From contig NC_057754.1 of assembly GCF_004010195.1 (NCBI RefSeq), positions 117,771 through 181,770 of the forward strand: a stretch of 64,000 bases of DNA, given 5' to 3'. Shown here piece by piece: positions 25,966 through 40,713 of the stretch. A program made the position numbers and the translations under genes. Each line of letters starts with the position of its first letter. The stretch's first letter is position 1. The notes under the pieces are model-generated. The model saw only the letters and a program-made list of their open reading frames with translations. It was not told the origin of the DNA and did not search any database. This DNA is from Chiloscyllium plagiosum (Eukaryota).

Positions 25966-27449
25966 CTGATTACCTCAAGATCCTATATGCTGCAGTTTCT
26001 CTCCATTTAAATAATAATGTTCTTTTGTTCTCCCATTTCAAAAGAAACAACACATCTTTGCACACATCCTATACTCCAGTTGCCAACTTTGTGTCCAATA
26101 TATAGTAAACATTTGCAATCCCAGCACTGATCCCTGTGGAACCCCACTGGTTACAGATTGCAAATCTTAAAAAGAACCTCTTTTCCTCACTCACTGTTTC
26201 TTGTCCACTTGTGTTGCTAGTGGTTTAAAACTCTCGAGGGCAATAAATTCTCGTTTGCTCTGTGATCAAAGTAGTAATGTGCTGCAATGCTGAACAGCCA
26301 CACTCAAATGGGAAACCGATTACTTTCAAAGCCAGAGGAAAGATAGAAAGATCCCGCAAGGAACAAATGCAGGGAAATGACCAGGTGATCTTGTTTTTAT
26401 TCATTTCTGTCTATTGCAGCTAGGTCAGAATTATCTGCCTATCTCTGTGCCATTCAGAAGATGGTGCGCTGCCTTCCTGAACTGCCCTCATTTCCCCCAT
26501 GTGTTATAGGGACATCTCATACAGTGCTGTATTTAAAAGGTTGGTCTGCCTTGTAGATAGAGTTAATGGTAGTTGTCTTTTCCCTAGGATGGGCGATTTC
26601 AAGAATAGGAGGCACATTTTTAAGATGGGAGGAGAGAGATTTAAAAAAGACATGAAGGGCAATTGTTCCAAACAGGGTGCTTCATGTGTGGAATAAACGT
26701 CCTGAGGAAGTGGTGATGTGGTTACAATTACAACATTTAAAAGATACTTGGGTAAGTATACGAATAGGAAAGGTTTGGAGGGATATGGGCCAGGAGCAGG
26801 TAGGTGGGACTAGTTTAGTTTGGTATTATAGTTGGCATGTACTGGTTGGACCAAAGGGTCTGTTTCCGTGTTGTATGACTCTATGATTAGCCAATTCTTT
26901 ATCCACAATAATATACTATGTCCAACACCAATGGCTTTTATTTTATGACTTGACCTTTTGAGGTACTTTGAATTTTTTCCAGAAGTTCAAAAACAACACA
27001 TCTGGTTCTCCACTCTGAGACTTCCTTGAAAATAAATTAATCATGTGATTTTCGTTTCATGAGGCAACAGCTCGTAACCTTCACGTAAAGCTTGGAAAGA
27101 GACCCTTCAGCCCATTATGTCTCACTGGCTTCCGAAATGAGCATTGTTTGTTTTTTACAGAATCTGTTACGACGCAGGAGGAAGTTATTGGCCCAGCCTG
27201 AAATACAGTTTATCATACACAACAGAGAAATGCCCAATACTCTCAACATCAACCATGGGATGAATGTATGGATACTCAAGTCCCACTATTCCACTAATTA
27301 TACATTAGTATAAAAACGTGTAGTATCAATTAACAAAATGTCCAATTGTTTCTCTTTAGTACAACTAAAGAAAATGAAAGAAACAAACATGAGACTTCTT
27401 TAATAACTTTAAATCATCTGTTCATTATGAACAAACCTTATTAAAACCA

Positions 27450-28525
27450 GAACTGGCTTGAAGGTAGAAGACAGAGGGTGGTGAAGAGTTGCCTTTCAGA
27501 CTGGAAGCCTGTGACCAGTGGAGTGCCTCAAGGATTGGTGCTGGGTCTATTATATTTCGTCATTTATATAAATTATTTGGATGTTAACATAGTTGGTATA
27601 GTTAGTACGTTTGCAGATGACACCAAAATTGGAGGTGTAGTGGATAGCAAAGAAGGTTACCTCAGAGTACAACAGGATCTTGATCAGACAGGTCAATGGG
27701 CTGAGGAGTAGCAGATGGAGTTTAATTTAGATAAATGTGAGGTGCTGCATTTTGGAAAAGCAAATCTTAGCCAGACTTATGCACTTAATGGTAAGTTCCT
27801 AGGGAGTGTTGCTGAACAAAGAGAGCTTAGAGTGCAGGTTCATAGTTCCATGAAACTGGTCACAGGTAGTTAAGATTATGAATAAGGCACTTGGTATGCT
27901 CTTCTTTATTGGTCAGAGTATTGAGTATAGGTGTTAGGAGGTCATGTTGCAGCTGTACGGGACACTGGTTGGGCCACTTTTGGACTGTAGCATGCAATTC
28001 TGGCTCCCTTCTATTGGGAGGATGTTGTGAAACTTGAAAGGATTCAGAAAAGATTTACAAGGATGTTGCCAGGATTGTAGGATTTGAGCTATAGGGAGAG
28101 GCTGAATAGGCTGGGGCTATTTTCACTGGACCGTCAGAGGCTGAGGAGTGATCTTATATAGGTTTATGAAATCATGAGGGCCATGAATATGATAAACAGA
28201 CAAAGTATTTTCCCTGGGGTGGAGGAGTGCAGACTAGAGGGCATAGGATTAGGGTGAGAGGAGAAAGATATAAAAGGGACCTAAGGAGCAACTTTTTCTC
28301 TCAGAGGATGGTGCGTATATGGAATGAGCTGCCAGAGCAAGTGGTGGAGGCTGGTATAATGACAACATTTAAAAGGCATTTAATCTGGATGAGTATATGA
28401 ATAGGAAAGGTTAGAGGGATATGGGCCAAATGTTGGCAAACAGGACTAGATTAGGAAAGGATATCTGGTTCGCATGTTCGACTTGGACCGAGAGGTCTGT
28501 TTCCATGCTGTACATCTATGACTCT
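27450..28525 (+). mobile_element. CR1-type LINE 3' fragment
   Basis: VTSGVPQG...FADDTKIGG RT motifs and the same 3' tail as 35135-35635. Confidence 0.9.
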
Positions 28526-29009
28526 CAGTGGGAAAAACAAATTAACATCTAAGCTACAATCTGAATTAAAGCTGTGGATCCTCAATGCCACATACAGATA
28601 TACACAACAGAAAAAGACAAGTCTCTTCAGAGGTAATGGTTTTAAAAAGAAACAGAAGGGGATAGACCATGCCAGGGGAGTACAGTCTGGAAGGAAAAGA
28701 GTAAAATATAATGATTTTTTACATCCACTAAATTTCTTATCAATGAAGCTGAATTATTAACAGCTGTAAATTGATGGTAGATTCACAGTTCTACAAACAT
28801 AAAAACTTCAAAATCAGTATCAGAAGTAGGTTGTTCCATTCTTCCAGCCTGCCCAGTCATTTAATAAGATCATGGCTGATCTGTTGGTATTTTGAACTCT
28901 GTTTCGAGTTAACTTGGACTCAAGTTGCAAGAAAATGATCAGGGACCACTCGTTCGGGTTTTACCAGGTATACAAAAGTACTGGTATTTGCATACTACCA
29001 ACAGGTTCC

Positions 29010-29890
29010 TAGAAACATCTCCTCCCCTCTCCTCTCTTGTCTGCCTTCTGCAGGGACTGTTCCCTGTTCACTCCCAGCAACCACAGCCCCACGGCACCTA
29101 CCCCTGCAACTGCCAAAGGTGTAACACCTGCCCATTTACCTTTTCCCTCCTCAGTATTCAAGGGCCCAAACATACCTTCCAGGTGAAGCAGCACTTTACC
29201 CGCATTTCTCACAATCTAGTCTATTGCATTCGCTGTTCACAATGTGGTTTCCTCTACACTGGGGAAACGAAGCATAGACTGGGTGACTGCTTCACAGAAT
29301 ATCTACGTTCTTTCTGCAAAAAAGACCCTGAGCTCCTAGTTGCTTGCCTCTTTACCACATGACCCTTCTCCCTGGCTAACATCTGTCTCAGGCTTGTTGT
29401 AGTGCTCCAGCAAAGCTTAGTGCAGGCTGGAAGAACAACAGCTTATCTTCCACTTGGGAACCCTGCAGCCCTCCAGACTCAATTTGGAGTTCAATAATTT
29501 TAGGGCCTGAACTTCCCCATGTCCTAGCCCCCTACCACATATACCAGCCCTTGTCTGCCATTACATCCTACCTATTGTTAGCCACGAACAGTCTCCATTA
29601 ACAGCTATTTACCGTACCAGTCAGATCATTATCAATTATTTTGTCTGTCCAACTGTTCTCCTCTCTCTTTGGGCTATATCCCTATCATTTACTCTTTATG
29701 TGCTCCCCCCACCCTATCGTCTGCATATAAACCAATCATATTTTCCTAGATACCATCAGTTCTGAGGAAAGGTCACCGTTCCTGAAACATTAACTTTGAT
29801 TTCTCTTCACAGATGCCGAAAGACCTAAGCTCTTTCAGCAACTTCTGTTTTTATTTCTGATTTACAACATTTGCAATTCTTCCGGTTTTT
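29010..29890 (+). mobile_element. Decayed Penelope-like element, GIY-YIG endonuclease region and 3' end
   Basis: PCNCQRCNTCP...NLVYCIRCSQCGFLYTGETKHRLGDCFTEYLR matches the PLE Cys-linker/GIY-YIG pattern. Confidence 0.8.
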
Positions 29891-30228
29891 TTCCCAGAAA
29901 CTTTTACTGAAAATAGGATTTCAGGAGAGAGTTGGACAGCTTCAGTGGTGTCTTCTTTACATTGATTCAGTGACTTGCAGAGCAGAACCTGAAGACCAGC
30001 ATAGGTTGTTCAGTAACTCTTAGCATATAGGTCCCCAATTCTCTCAAAGCAAGTTTTTTTTTAAGTAATGAAAGCAGTAACTCCCCATCTCTTATCTGCT
30101 TGGAAGCTTTGCTCAGCTGTTTCTCCAAAGTCATTTTATGGTAAAAAGTAGGCAGCTTTTGGAAACAAACTGGAAAAGTTGAAGTTTGGGCTGCTTGCCG
30201 CAGAGAATGAACTGGGTTTTTAAACATA

Positions 30229-30449
30229 CAGGTGTCCCCCCTGTATCTGTGGGTGATACGTTCCAAGACCTACCACAGATGCCTGAAACCACAAATGGTA
30301 GCAAACCCTATCATTTAAATGGGAAACCTACTTCCCCAGAAGCCCCCTGGAATTTTTTCTGGAATGTGCCATGTAATATTTTCAGGCCACGGTGTACTGC
30401 GGATAACTGAAACCCAGAAACCAAATCTGCAGATACGGGGGTTCTACTG
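30229..30449. mobile_element. Tc1/mariner (Tigger-like) MITE
   Basis: TA-CAG...CTG-TA termini with imperfect TIRs caggtgtccccc.ctgtatctg / cagatacgggggttctactg; 221 bp, non-coding. Confidence 0.7.
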
Positions 30450-33274
30450 TATAACTCAAAGGAAAGTTGAACAATGTAATCACTTATTGACTGACTGTTA
30501 GGTGACAGATCCCCCCCCACTTCCTCGTTTTCTTTTCCCTCCTGAATCACTGAACTATTTACCTTTTTTTTTTAAATTGCCTTTTCTCTTATACAGAAGT
30601 GACCTGCACAAGAGGGTTGGGTTATACATGAACTGGAGAGGGACCAATATCCTGATGGGGAGATTTGCTTGTGCTATTTGGGAGGCTTTAAACTAATATA
30701 GAAAGAGAGTGGGGTATTCTAAATGTCTTTAAATATATTATCCAGACATCCAATAAAAATGATAAAGATACCAAAGTCCACCTCTGATTAGAGAGAACTG
30801 ACTGGTGGTGGTTTATCCGGAGGGTCACTGCACCTTGGGCGAGGAGAGAAGCTAAGGTAGTCTTTGTGGTAACCTCAGCAGGTGTAGGAATTGAACCCTC
30901 ACTATTGGCATCATTCTGTATCATAAGCCAGCAGTCCAGCCATCCACCACTCTCAGAACTCATAAATGAAACAAGCTTCTTCCACCATAGCCTACACTAA
31001 TATAGAAATACAAACCGAACAAAGCTATACATGAATTTTTTAAAAACATAAAAGTAGAAACTCAACAGGTCTGGCAACATCTATAGAAAGAGTTAACATT
31101 TCAAGTACAGTATGATATTGAATTTGAATGGTTAACTCTGTTTCTATATCTACAGAGCCTGTCAGATCTCATGAGTTTCGCTAGCACTTTGTTTTTATTT
31201 CAGATTTCAGGCATCCACAGAACTTTACTTTTAATACGGCTATACATGGCTGTGTCCATTTGAGAATCCAAAATTCCAAATAACAATGATAAAATATTTT
31301 GAACCTTCATCATAGATGTAGAATCCCTCCAGAAAGAGGGGGCCATTTGTCCCATCTAGTCTACACTGACCTTTCAAAGGGTTCAAAGCTCTTCAAAGGC
31401 TATTCTCTGAATAGAAACCTCCATAGCTGATACACCTGCCCTGCAACTCCCTTGGATACTTTGGGGCAATTTATCATGGTCAATCCACCAACTTAAAAAG
31501 GGGGGAGAATGTATAAGGAGTTGGTTGCAGCTTCACATAACTGGGACAGCAATGGTTAGCACTGCTGCCTCACAGCACCAATGACCCAGGATCAATCCCA
31601 GCTTTAGGTGGGATGCTGTTTGGAGAGTGGTGCAGATGAGATGGACTAAATGGTCTCATTCCACAGAGTAGGGATTCCATGAAGTGTTATGTTGTAAGCA
31701 GCAGCCATTTGGCACATTGTATCCACACTGGCTTAAGAAAAAAATAAGAAGTGAAGCTGACAAATGCATGAGAGATAATTTTCTTTTTTGTGGACATTAA
31801 AGCCAGATAAATGGGCACTATTTGTTGTGGGTTCAGAAGAATTCAGTATAAACCAACTCAGATTGGTCAGATCTCAATTCAACACAAATCCTATGAAGGG
31901 AGTGAAATAGAGAAGCAAAAAGACCTCTAGAAGTTAGCTGCATAAATTTATGCAACACGGATCTTGTAAATTTACCTACATAAATCTATCCCCTTTCTCC
32001 TTAAAGTTGCTCTCTCTAATTTTCTGTTAAAAGAAGAGAAACTACATTTGGAGATGCTGAAAAAATGTTCTAAAACCTGAAAACAAGAAGAAACACCCTG
32101 AGTCCAACCAAGCAACCAGTGAACTTGAGACTAATCATCATTGTGCAGATAACATCAGGACATCATCAAAGAAAGGAAAAGGATTGTGAAACCAACTATT
32201 TGGTTTTGTGACTTGGACTGGTGATAGAGAACTATGTTCTACTGACTACTATTTTTTCCTGTGTGCTCATGTGAATTTTTAAAAGGGCTAAAATTTAAGG
32301 TATATAAATTAGAATACTTTCACTGTTCTTGTTAAAGTTAAGAAAATTGCAATCAGTGGAAGTTTTATTGCTGAGAAAACCTGGTTTGGTTTGCTTTGAT
32401 CATGGGCAGCAGTCATTCAAGCAAACGAAGATTTTTGGTACTTTCATTAAATCTTAACATTTGTAGCGACTCTGGGTTAATGAGACTAAAGGGAGACAGT
32501 GAGACACATGAAGAGAAAGTAAAAGACATGTACACACAAAGACAGTGTGAAACCCACTTGGAAAGAAGGAATGAGACACAAAGAAAGAGATATTTGTGTG
32601 GAGAGAAAAAATACAAACAGATGAGAGAAACATACACAGAGGCAGATACAGAGACTTAAGTAGATGGAAGGAGACACGAACGCAGAGAGAGACACACACA
32701 CTTAGATAGACCCAATTGCAGATACAGACATACACATATAGAGATGCAAATGTCATAGATAATGAGACAGACACAAATAGAAAAGCATACAGATTAAAAA
32801 AAAATACAGTGAGGCTGTACTGTAACGATAATGTCACTGGACTAGTATCCAAAACCCCAGGTTAAGGTCTTGGGGACACAGGTTCATATCCAATCATACC
32901 AGATGGTGAAATTTGAATCCAATATAAAAAAAAATGGTGACCATGTAACCATTGATGATTGGTGTAATATAAAGATCTGGATGACTAGATCTGCCTCTGG
33001 GTGGCACAGCGGTTCAGTGGTTAATACTGCTCCTCACAGAACCAGGGACCTGGGTTAGATTCCACCCTCGGGCAACTGTCTGTGTGGAGTTTACAGGTTC
33101 TTCCCATGTCTGTGTGGGTTTCCTCCCACGGTCCAAAGATGTGCAAGTCACATGGATTATGGTGCTGGAAAGGCACAGCAGGTGAGGCAGCATCTGAGAA
33201 GCAGGAAAATCAACGTTTTGAGCAAAAGCCCTTCATCAACAAACTTGTAAGGAGATCTCAGCTATCTGTAAGAA

Positions 33275-35635
33275 TAATAGGGTAGTTATGGTAGGGGATT
33301 TTAACTTTCCAAGCATTGACTGAGATTGCCATTGTGTTAAAGGTTTAGATGGAGAGGAATTTCTTAAGTGTGTGCAAGACAATTTTCTGATTCAGTATGT
33401 GGATGTACCTACTAGAGAAGGTGCAAAACTTGACCTACTCTTGGGAAATAAGGCAGGGCAGGTGACTGAGGTGTCAGTGGGGGAGCACTTTGGGGCCAGC
33501 GACCATAATTCTATTTGTTTTAAAATAGTGATGGAAAAGGATAGACCAGGTCTAAAAGTTGAAGTTCTAAATTGGAGAAAGGCCAATTTTGACAGTATTA
33601 GGCAAGAACTTTCGAAAGCTGATTGGAGGCAGATGTTTGCAGGTAAAAGGACGGCTGGAAAGTGGGAAGCCTTCAGAAATGAGATAACGAGAGCCCAGCG
33701 AAAGTATATTCCTGTCAGGGTGAAAGGGAAGGCTGGTAGGTATAGGGAATGCTGGATGACTAAAGAAATTGAGAGTTTGGTTAAGAAAAAGAAGGAAGCA
33801 TATGTCAGGTACAGACAGGATAGATCGAGTGAATCCTTAGAAGACTACAAAGAAAGTAGGAGTATACTTAAGAGGGAAATCAGGAGGGCAAAAAGGGGAC
33901 AAGAGATAGCTTTGGCAAATAGAATTACGGAAAATCCAAAGGGTTTATACAAATATATTAAGGACAAAAAGGTAACTAGGGAGAGAATAGGGCACCACAA
34001 AGATCAGCAAGGCAGCCTTTGTGTGGAGCTACAGAAAATGGGGGAGATACTAAATTAATACTTTGCATCAGTATTTACTGTGGAAAAGGATATGGAAGAT
34101 ATAGACTGTAGGGAAATAGATGGTGACATCTTGCAAAATGTCCAGATTACAGAGGAGGAAGTGCTGGATGTCTTGAAACGGTTAAAAGTAGATAAATCCC
34201 CAGGACCTAATCAAGTGTACCCGAGAACTCTGTGGGAAGCTAGAGAAGTGATTGCTGGGCCTCTTGCTGAGATATTTGTATCATCGATAGTCACAGGTGA
34301 GGTGCCGGAAGACTGGAAGTTGGCAAACGTGGTGCCACTGTTTAAGAAGGGCGGTAAAAACAAGCCAGGGAACTGTAGACCGATGAGCCTGACCTCGGTG
34401 GTGGGCAAGTTGTTGGAGGGAATCCTGAGAGACAGGATGTACATGTATTTGGAAAAGCAAGGACTGCTTAGGGATAATCAACATGATTTTGTGCGTGGGA
34501 AATCATGTCTCACAAACTTGANNNNNNNNNNNNNNNNNNNNNNNNNNNNNNNNNNNNNNNNNNNNNNNNNNNNNNNNNNNNNNNNNNNNNNNNNNNNNNN
34601 NNNNNNNNNNNNNNNNNNNNNNNNNNNNNNNNNNNNNNNNNNNNNNNNNNNNNNNNNNNNNNNNNNNNNNNNNNNNNNNNNNNNNNNNNNNNNNNNNNNN
34701 NNNNNNNNNNNNNNNNNNNNNNNNNNNNNNNNNNNNNNNNNNNNNNNNNNNNNNNNNNNNNNNNNNNNNNNNNNNNNNNNNNNNNNNNNNNNNNNNNNNN
34801 NNNNNNNNNNNNNNNNNNNNNNNNNNNNNNNNNNNNNNNNNNNNNNNNNNNNNNNNNNNNNNNNNNNNNNNNNNNNNNNNNNNNNNNNNNNNNNNNNNNN
34901 NNNNNNNNNNNNNNNNNNNNNNNNNNNNNNNNNNNNNNNNNNNNNNNNNNNNNNNNNNNNNNNNNNNNNNNNNNNNNNNNNNNNNNNNNNNNNNNNNNNN
35001 NNNNNNNNNNNNNNNNNNNNNNNNNNNNNNNNNNNNNNNNNNNNNNNNNNNNNNNNNNNNNNNNNNNNNNNNNNNNNNNNNNNNNNNNNNNNNNNNNNNT
35101 GCAATTCTGGTCTCCTTCCTAACGGAAAGATGTTGTGAAACTTGAAAGGGTTCAGAAAAGATTTACAAGGATGTTGCCAGGGTTGGAGGATCTAAGCTAC
35201 AGGGAGAGGCTGAACAGGCTGGGGCTGTTTTCCCTGGAGCGTCAGAGGCTGAGGGGTGACCTTATAGAGGTTTACAAAATTATGAGGAGCATGGATAGGA
35301 TAAATGGACAAAGCCGTTTCCTTAGAGTCGGGGAGTCCATAACTAGAGGGCATAGGTTTAGGGTGAGAGGGGAAATATATAAAATTGTCCTAAGTGGCAA
35401 CTTTTTCACGCAGAGGATGGTATGTGTATGGAATGAGCTGCCAGAGGATGTGGTGGAGGCTGGTACAATTGCAACATTTAAGAGGCATTTGGATAGGTAT
35501 ATGAATAGGAAGGGTTTGGAGCGATATGGGGCGGGTGCTGGCAGGTGGGACTAGATTGGGTTGGGATATCTGGTCGGCATGGACGGGTTGGATCAAAGGG
35601 TCTGTTTCCATGCTGTCCATCTCTATGACTCTATC
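33275..35635 (+). mobile_element. CR1-type LINE ORF2 (endonuclease C-terminus, RT start, gap, 3' end)
   Basis: PTREGAKLDLLL...SDHN; KSPGP...WKLANVVPLFKKG...SLTSVVGKLLE...KSCLTNL; LERVQKRFTRMLPGL...RLRGDLIEVYKIM; ctctatgactcta tail. Confidence 0.92.
34522..35099. other. Assembly gap (N run) inside a CR1 LINE
   Basis: Run of N. Confidence 1.
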
Positions 35636-38208
35636 AGGCTTTTGCCTGCAACATTGCTTTTGCCGCGCCACATATGCTGCCTGACCTGTTGTGCCTTTCC
35701 AGCATCTGCAGAACTCATTTTCACCAAGTTACATGGATTGGTCATGCAAACCCCTAGACACTATGGGTAATTTAGCATGCTAGGTGAATTAACCACTAGA
35801 AGTGTGGGGTTACAGGGTTCTTCGGAAGATCGGCGCAGACTTGATGGACCGAACGACCTGTTCCCACACTATAGGGATTCTATTTTAAAAATTAAGTCCT
35901 TTAAGGAAGGAATTTTCTTATTCCTTATTCAGTTTGGTTGACTCTTAACTGCCCTCTGGGTAATTAGGGATGGGCAATAAATGCTGGCCTGGGCACCATC
36001 ATCACATCCTATAAACAAAAAAAACGCAGTAAATGAGACAGGCACAGAGTCAAACTCACAAAAGAGAGAGACCCTAGTGCACGTAGAATCCCTACAATGT
36101 GGAAGCCAGCCATTTGGCCCATCAAGAGCTTGACACCCCTGAGATATAGACAGGCAGATAGAGAATGAGAAATATACATGGTAAGAGATATGCACAGATA
36201 AAAATATTATAGAGAACAAGAAACTCAGCAACCAAATACACACAGGCAGCGGTAATGTAAGACACACAAAAGAAACAGCCTCACAGAGGGGGATTTAGAC
36301 CCACAGAGATGAACAAGAAAGACACTAGACAGGTGGAGAAAGAGACATGGATAGTTTCATGACTCAACGATAATAGTGCACTGAAAATCAAGTCCCACTA
36401 TTCCAAGAGTTGTCAAAATGAATGAAGCTACTGAATTGTCCAATTCAGGTTGAAATAATATATACACCAAAATTTTCTTTCCTCCCTTTGACTAGTAAAT
36501 AACTTCACTGCAAATAAATTGTTTTTAACCAATGGCAAAAAAGAAATAAACTGTTAAGTATAACTTGCTCTGTACCCCTTCTTAAAATTTCCATGTACAG
36601 ACCGATACATAGGGACGAGACACAGGTATTATGGGTAGGAAAGGAAAGTTAGTGGAGCACATTTTTGGCACCAGTATAGATCATGGAGATCAATGAGTTG
36701 TTCCTTTCAGATCCTTTTGATTCCTGCTGACTCTTTTCTGATGACTCAAGATTGAGGATACACTGCTTCTCAGTCTTCCATTCACTGTTTGAGGATTTGT
36801 CTTTTCCATAAGGTGTAGTAGCAGAACTCGGTCATTTGGCATTCAATAAAACCATAGGTGATCTGAAATTCCTCAACTCCACTTTTCTGCCTTCTATCTA
36901 ACCTTTGATTCCCTCACTGATAAAAAGAAATATATCTTAGCCTTGAACCCCAAGGTGACAGCAGAGAAGGACAGTCCTGCCGGAGCTCCTCAGTTTTTCT
37001 TCTCTCCATTTAGCACTGGAGGTAAATAGTGCCAGCAGCAAGTCCACAGAGCAGCGTGCCCTGTTACAGCATGTGGATTGCAAGCCCCAGAAGAGCGCAC
37101 AGGCACGTGTCTTGGATGGAGATTGGTGTGTGGGGAGGCAGTGCTGGCACTTACCTTGGAGCAGTTCAGCGCTGCACTGAGCAGACGAGCTTGGAGCAGA
37201 GGGGGGATGGCTGCTAGATTGGGATCTGGCGGTCAGACCACATGCAGAGGTCCTGCACAGAGCTGCTACACTAATGTGTATTTGAAATTTCCTACCTTTC
37301 TGCAATGTCAACCCTTTAATGATGTTATATTTTAAAATTTATTTTCAACTCTGTAAACAATGCAATTACTTTTATTCCTGTGTTGTATCCAAGAATTGTA
37401 CCTAAGTGGTTGTCATAAGAAAGCAGACATTGTAAGCACTTTTCCCTGTACTCCTACAATGGAGTACATGTGACAATAAAGGGATATTCCATATTCTGTA
37501 CTTAAGGACCCAAGTACTACAGTCCTCTGCAGTAATAAGATTCCAGATTCACTATCCTCATTCTTCCTTACCTCTGTCTTAAATGGCTATGCTTTACTCT
37601 GAGATTAAGCCTTCTGGTCCTAGACTCCTCTACATGGGGAAGCAACCTCTCTGCATCTACTCTGTCAAGACCCAAAGAATATTCGAGAAATTCAACATTT
37701 CTTGCAGCATCTGTGGAGCATTGACTTCAGTTAACCTTCTTCAGAATGGTTCTGAAGGGTCACTGGACTTAAAACATTAACTATGCTTTCCCTCCACATA
37801 TAGTGGCAGATCTGTTGAGTTTGTCCAGCAGTTTCTGATTTTGTTTCAGATCTTCTTCATTTGCAGTTCATTGTTTTATTTTATTCCTCTAGGAATCTTA
37901 TATGTTTCAATAAGGTCACTTCTCATTCCTCTGAACTCAGATTAATATAGTCTCAACCTATCATCTAAGAAATTGTATGAAATTGTAAAACACAGTATTT
38001 ATAGCAAAAATTTACAGTGTGATATTACTGTAAACTTTTGCTATAAATTCTGAGTCTCACAATCTTATATTCCACAACCACCTGATGAAGGAGCAGCAGC
38101 ACTCTGAAAGCTAGTACTTCCAATTAAACCTGCTGGACTATAACCTGGTGTGTGTGATTTTAAACTTTATACACCCGAGTCCAACACCAGCATCTCCAAA
38201 TCATTGGC

Positions 38209-38784
38209 TGTCAAGTAACTGAATATCAAGAGAAGCTAGTCAGGTCAGGAGAGAAATCAGCAGGTCTGCAGCAGCCAAAAAACTCAGTTCCCTGCATTAA
38301 GCCACTATAAATCTGAAACAAAAGCTGCTCTTTCCCTTCAGCAAATGCTGCAAATTGTGATTTTGAATCAGAATTCAGAGAAACAGCCACTCTGTACCTC
38401 TGGCGAATAAATGGAAGTACTTGGAATAAATGGAAGCATTGAAGAGAAACCTTCAGATCAGCAAGAACCAACTCAACATTTTGATCAGTTTCCCTCTGCT
38501 TGTGATTTTTTTTGTGTGTGTGACTATCTGTGTTTGTGAGAAAGACAGGGTGACTGGGGGGGGGGGGGTGGAGTTTGTAAATGATTCCGTTTCAATTTGT
38601 AAAAAGGTTGTTGGATTTAGTTTAATTGTTTACCTCCAGCTCAAATCTAATTATTTCTAATAAATAATCTTATTAAATACAGGAACCTGATCTCTGCTTT
38701 CTATCAACCTAGGTCTGAAAATCAGGTGGTTTGGGGATTTTGCATATTTACTTACAAAATTTTAATTTACCCAGAGTTGTGACA
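38209..38784 (+). mobile_element. Possible solo LTR
   Basis: Begins TGTCA, ends TGACA, internal TATAAA (~38306) and AATAAA (~38659); no clear TSD. Confidence 0.35.
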
Positions 38785-39229
38785 AGACCTTTATGTTGTT
38801 AATAGATGGGACAGGGTCAACATGGAGAAGAGATTTCTCTTAGTACAGAAGACCAGAACTAGGGGCCATCAAGAGAAGACAGTCATTAATAAATCCAATC
38901 GAAGGAATAAAAGGATCAGGTGAGGGGAGATGAAGAGGAGGCTTGAGTGGAGTAGAAACACAAGCTAATGGGCCGTTTGTATAATTTCAAAATTCATTCA
39001 TGGAATGTGGGCATCAACGGATGTACCAGCATTTACTGCCCATCCTGAAGTGCCCTGGTAAAGAGGTGGCATTCTTGAATTGCTTCAGTCCTTGGGATGT
39101 AAGGCACCCATACTGCATCTGTAACAAATACATGGTGACCATATAAGTGGTGGGAGATTGTGAAGAAGAAACTGATTAGGCACTGTTGAATTGAAAAGAA
39201 GCAACCCGAGGGTTTAAATGGCCATCTCA

Positions 39230-39778
<549 letters not shown>

Positions 39779-39974
39779 TCATCATTTGCAATCTGAACAG
39801 GGCCCTCAGCATTCTCCCGTCAAACAGAATGCTGGACATCTGCAGCAGCTCTGTTGGCGTGTGTGAGAAGACACCTATTTCCACTCAAACCCGTGACCTT
39901 GTATCAATATTCTATTGGTACTGTACCCTCAAACTTTCCCCCTTCCTTCTCCCTCAAGCACTTCCTCTGTAGTG

Positions 39975-40250
39975 TCAGCACTCCCAGGACATAGACAGCA
40001 CAGGGTTAGATACAGAATAAAGTTCCCTCTATACTGTCCCCATCAAACATTGCCAGGGCAAGAACAGCACAGGGTTTATTTACAGAATGAAGCTCCCTCT
40101 GCACTGTTCCCACCAAACACTCCCAGGACAGGGTAGGCACAGGGTTTATTTACACAATAAAGTTGCCCCTGCACTGTGCCCATTAAACACTCCTAGGACA
40201 AGGACAGCATGGAGTTAGAGCCAGAGAAAAGCTCCTATACACTGTCCCCA
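39975..40250 (+). repeat. Dispersed ~65-70 bp tandem repeat family (about 4 units)
   Basis: Same unit as 54550-54785. Confidence 0.8.
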
Positions 40251-40713
40251 TCCAGTTAATGAGACATTGCTAGTCTCTGTATAATTGAGAGGGTGAATGT
40301 GCATTGATCACAGGCCTCATCTGGTTCAAGCTGTGGAGTTAGCAGCTCATATTTCAGGAGGAAAGGCGAGGGACAGAGAGAGAGACACGGGTTGTCGTGA
40401 CGGTGGGCAGGGATTGGGAATAACTAATGGGGATGTGGCTCTTGGTGGTACAGGCCTGTATTGGCAGGCACTGTGTGTATGAGAGAGAGTCAGAGCGTTC
40501 CTGTCCCTCTGTATCCTGCTGGCTAGGGCCATCCTTGACCAGTTCTGGTCAAATCCGTCAGATGGAGCTGTGTGCCGCAATCTCCGACCTCTCTCATACG
40601 ACAACTGGCCTTTGTCTGGGTTCTGGAGCGGGGAGGGGAATCCTAGAGGGAAACCCCCTCCGCTTCTCTGTCTGCGATCGCTCAGGACTGAGCTTCCCCT
40701 TCCCCAGTCTTAC

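Noticed and set aside
31685..32459. Possible solo LTR (TG...CA, TATA-like and ATTAAA motifs)
   Set aside because: No TSD and no second copy in the window; such motifs are common in AT-rich DNA.
33372..35554. Possible intact autonomous LINE
   Set aside because: 5'-truncated, ORF2 broken at 34058-34080, and RT core hidden in a gap.
40347..40604. 85-aa minus-strand ORF and the palindrome ttgaccagttctggtcaa in ZFTA intron 1
   Set aside because: No recognisable homology or clear splice sites; a single short palindrome is not enough evidence of function.
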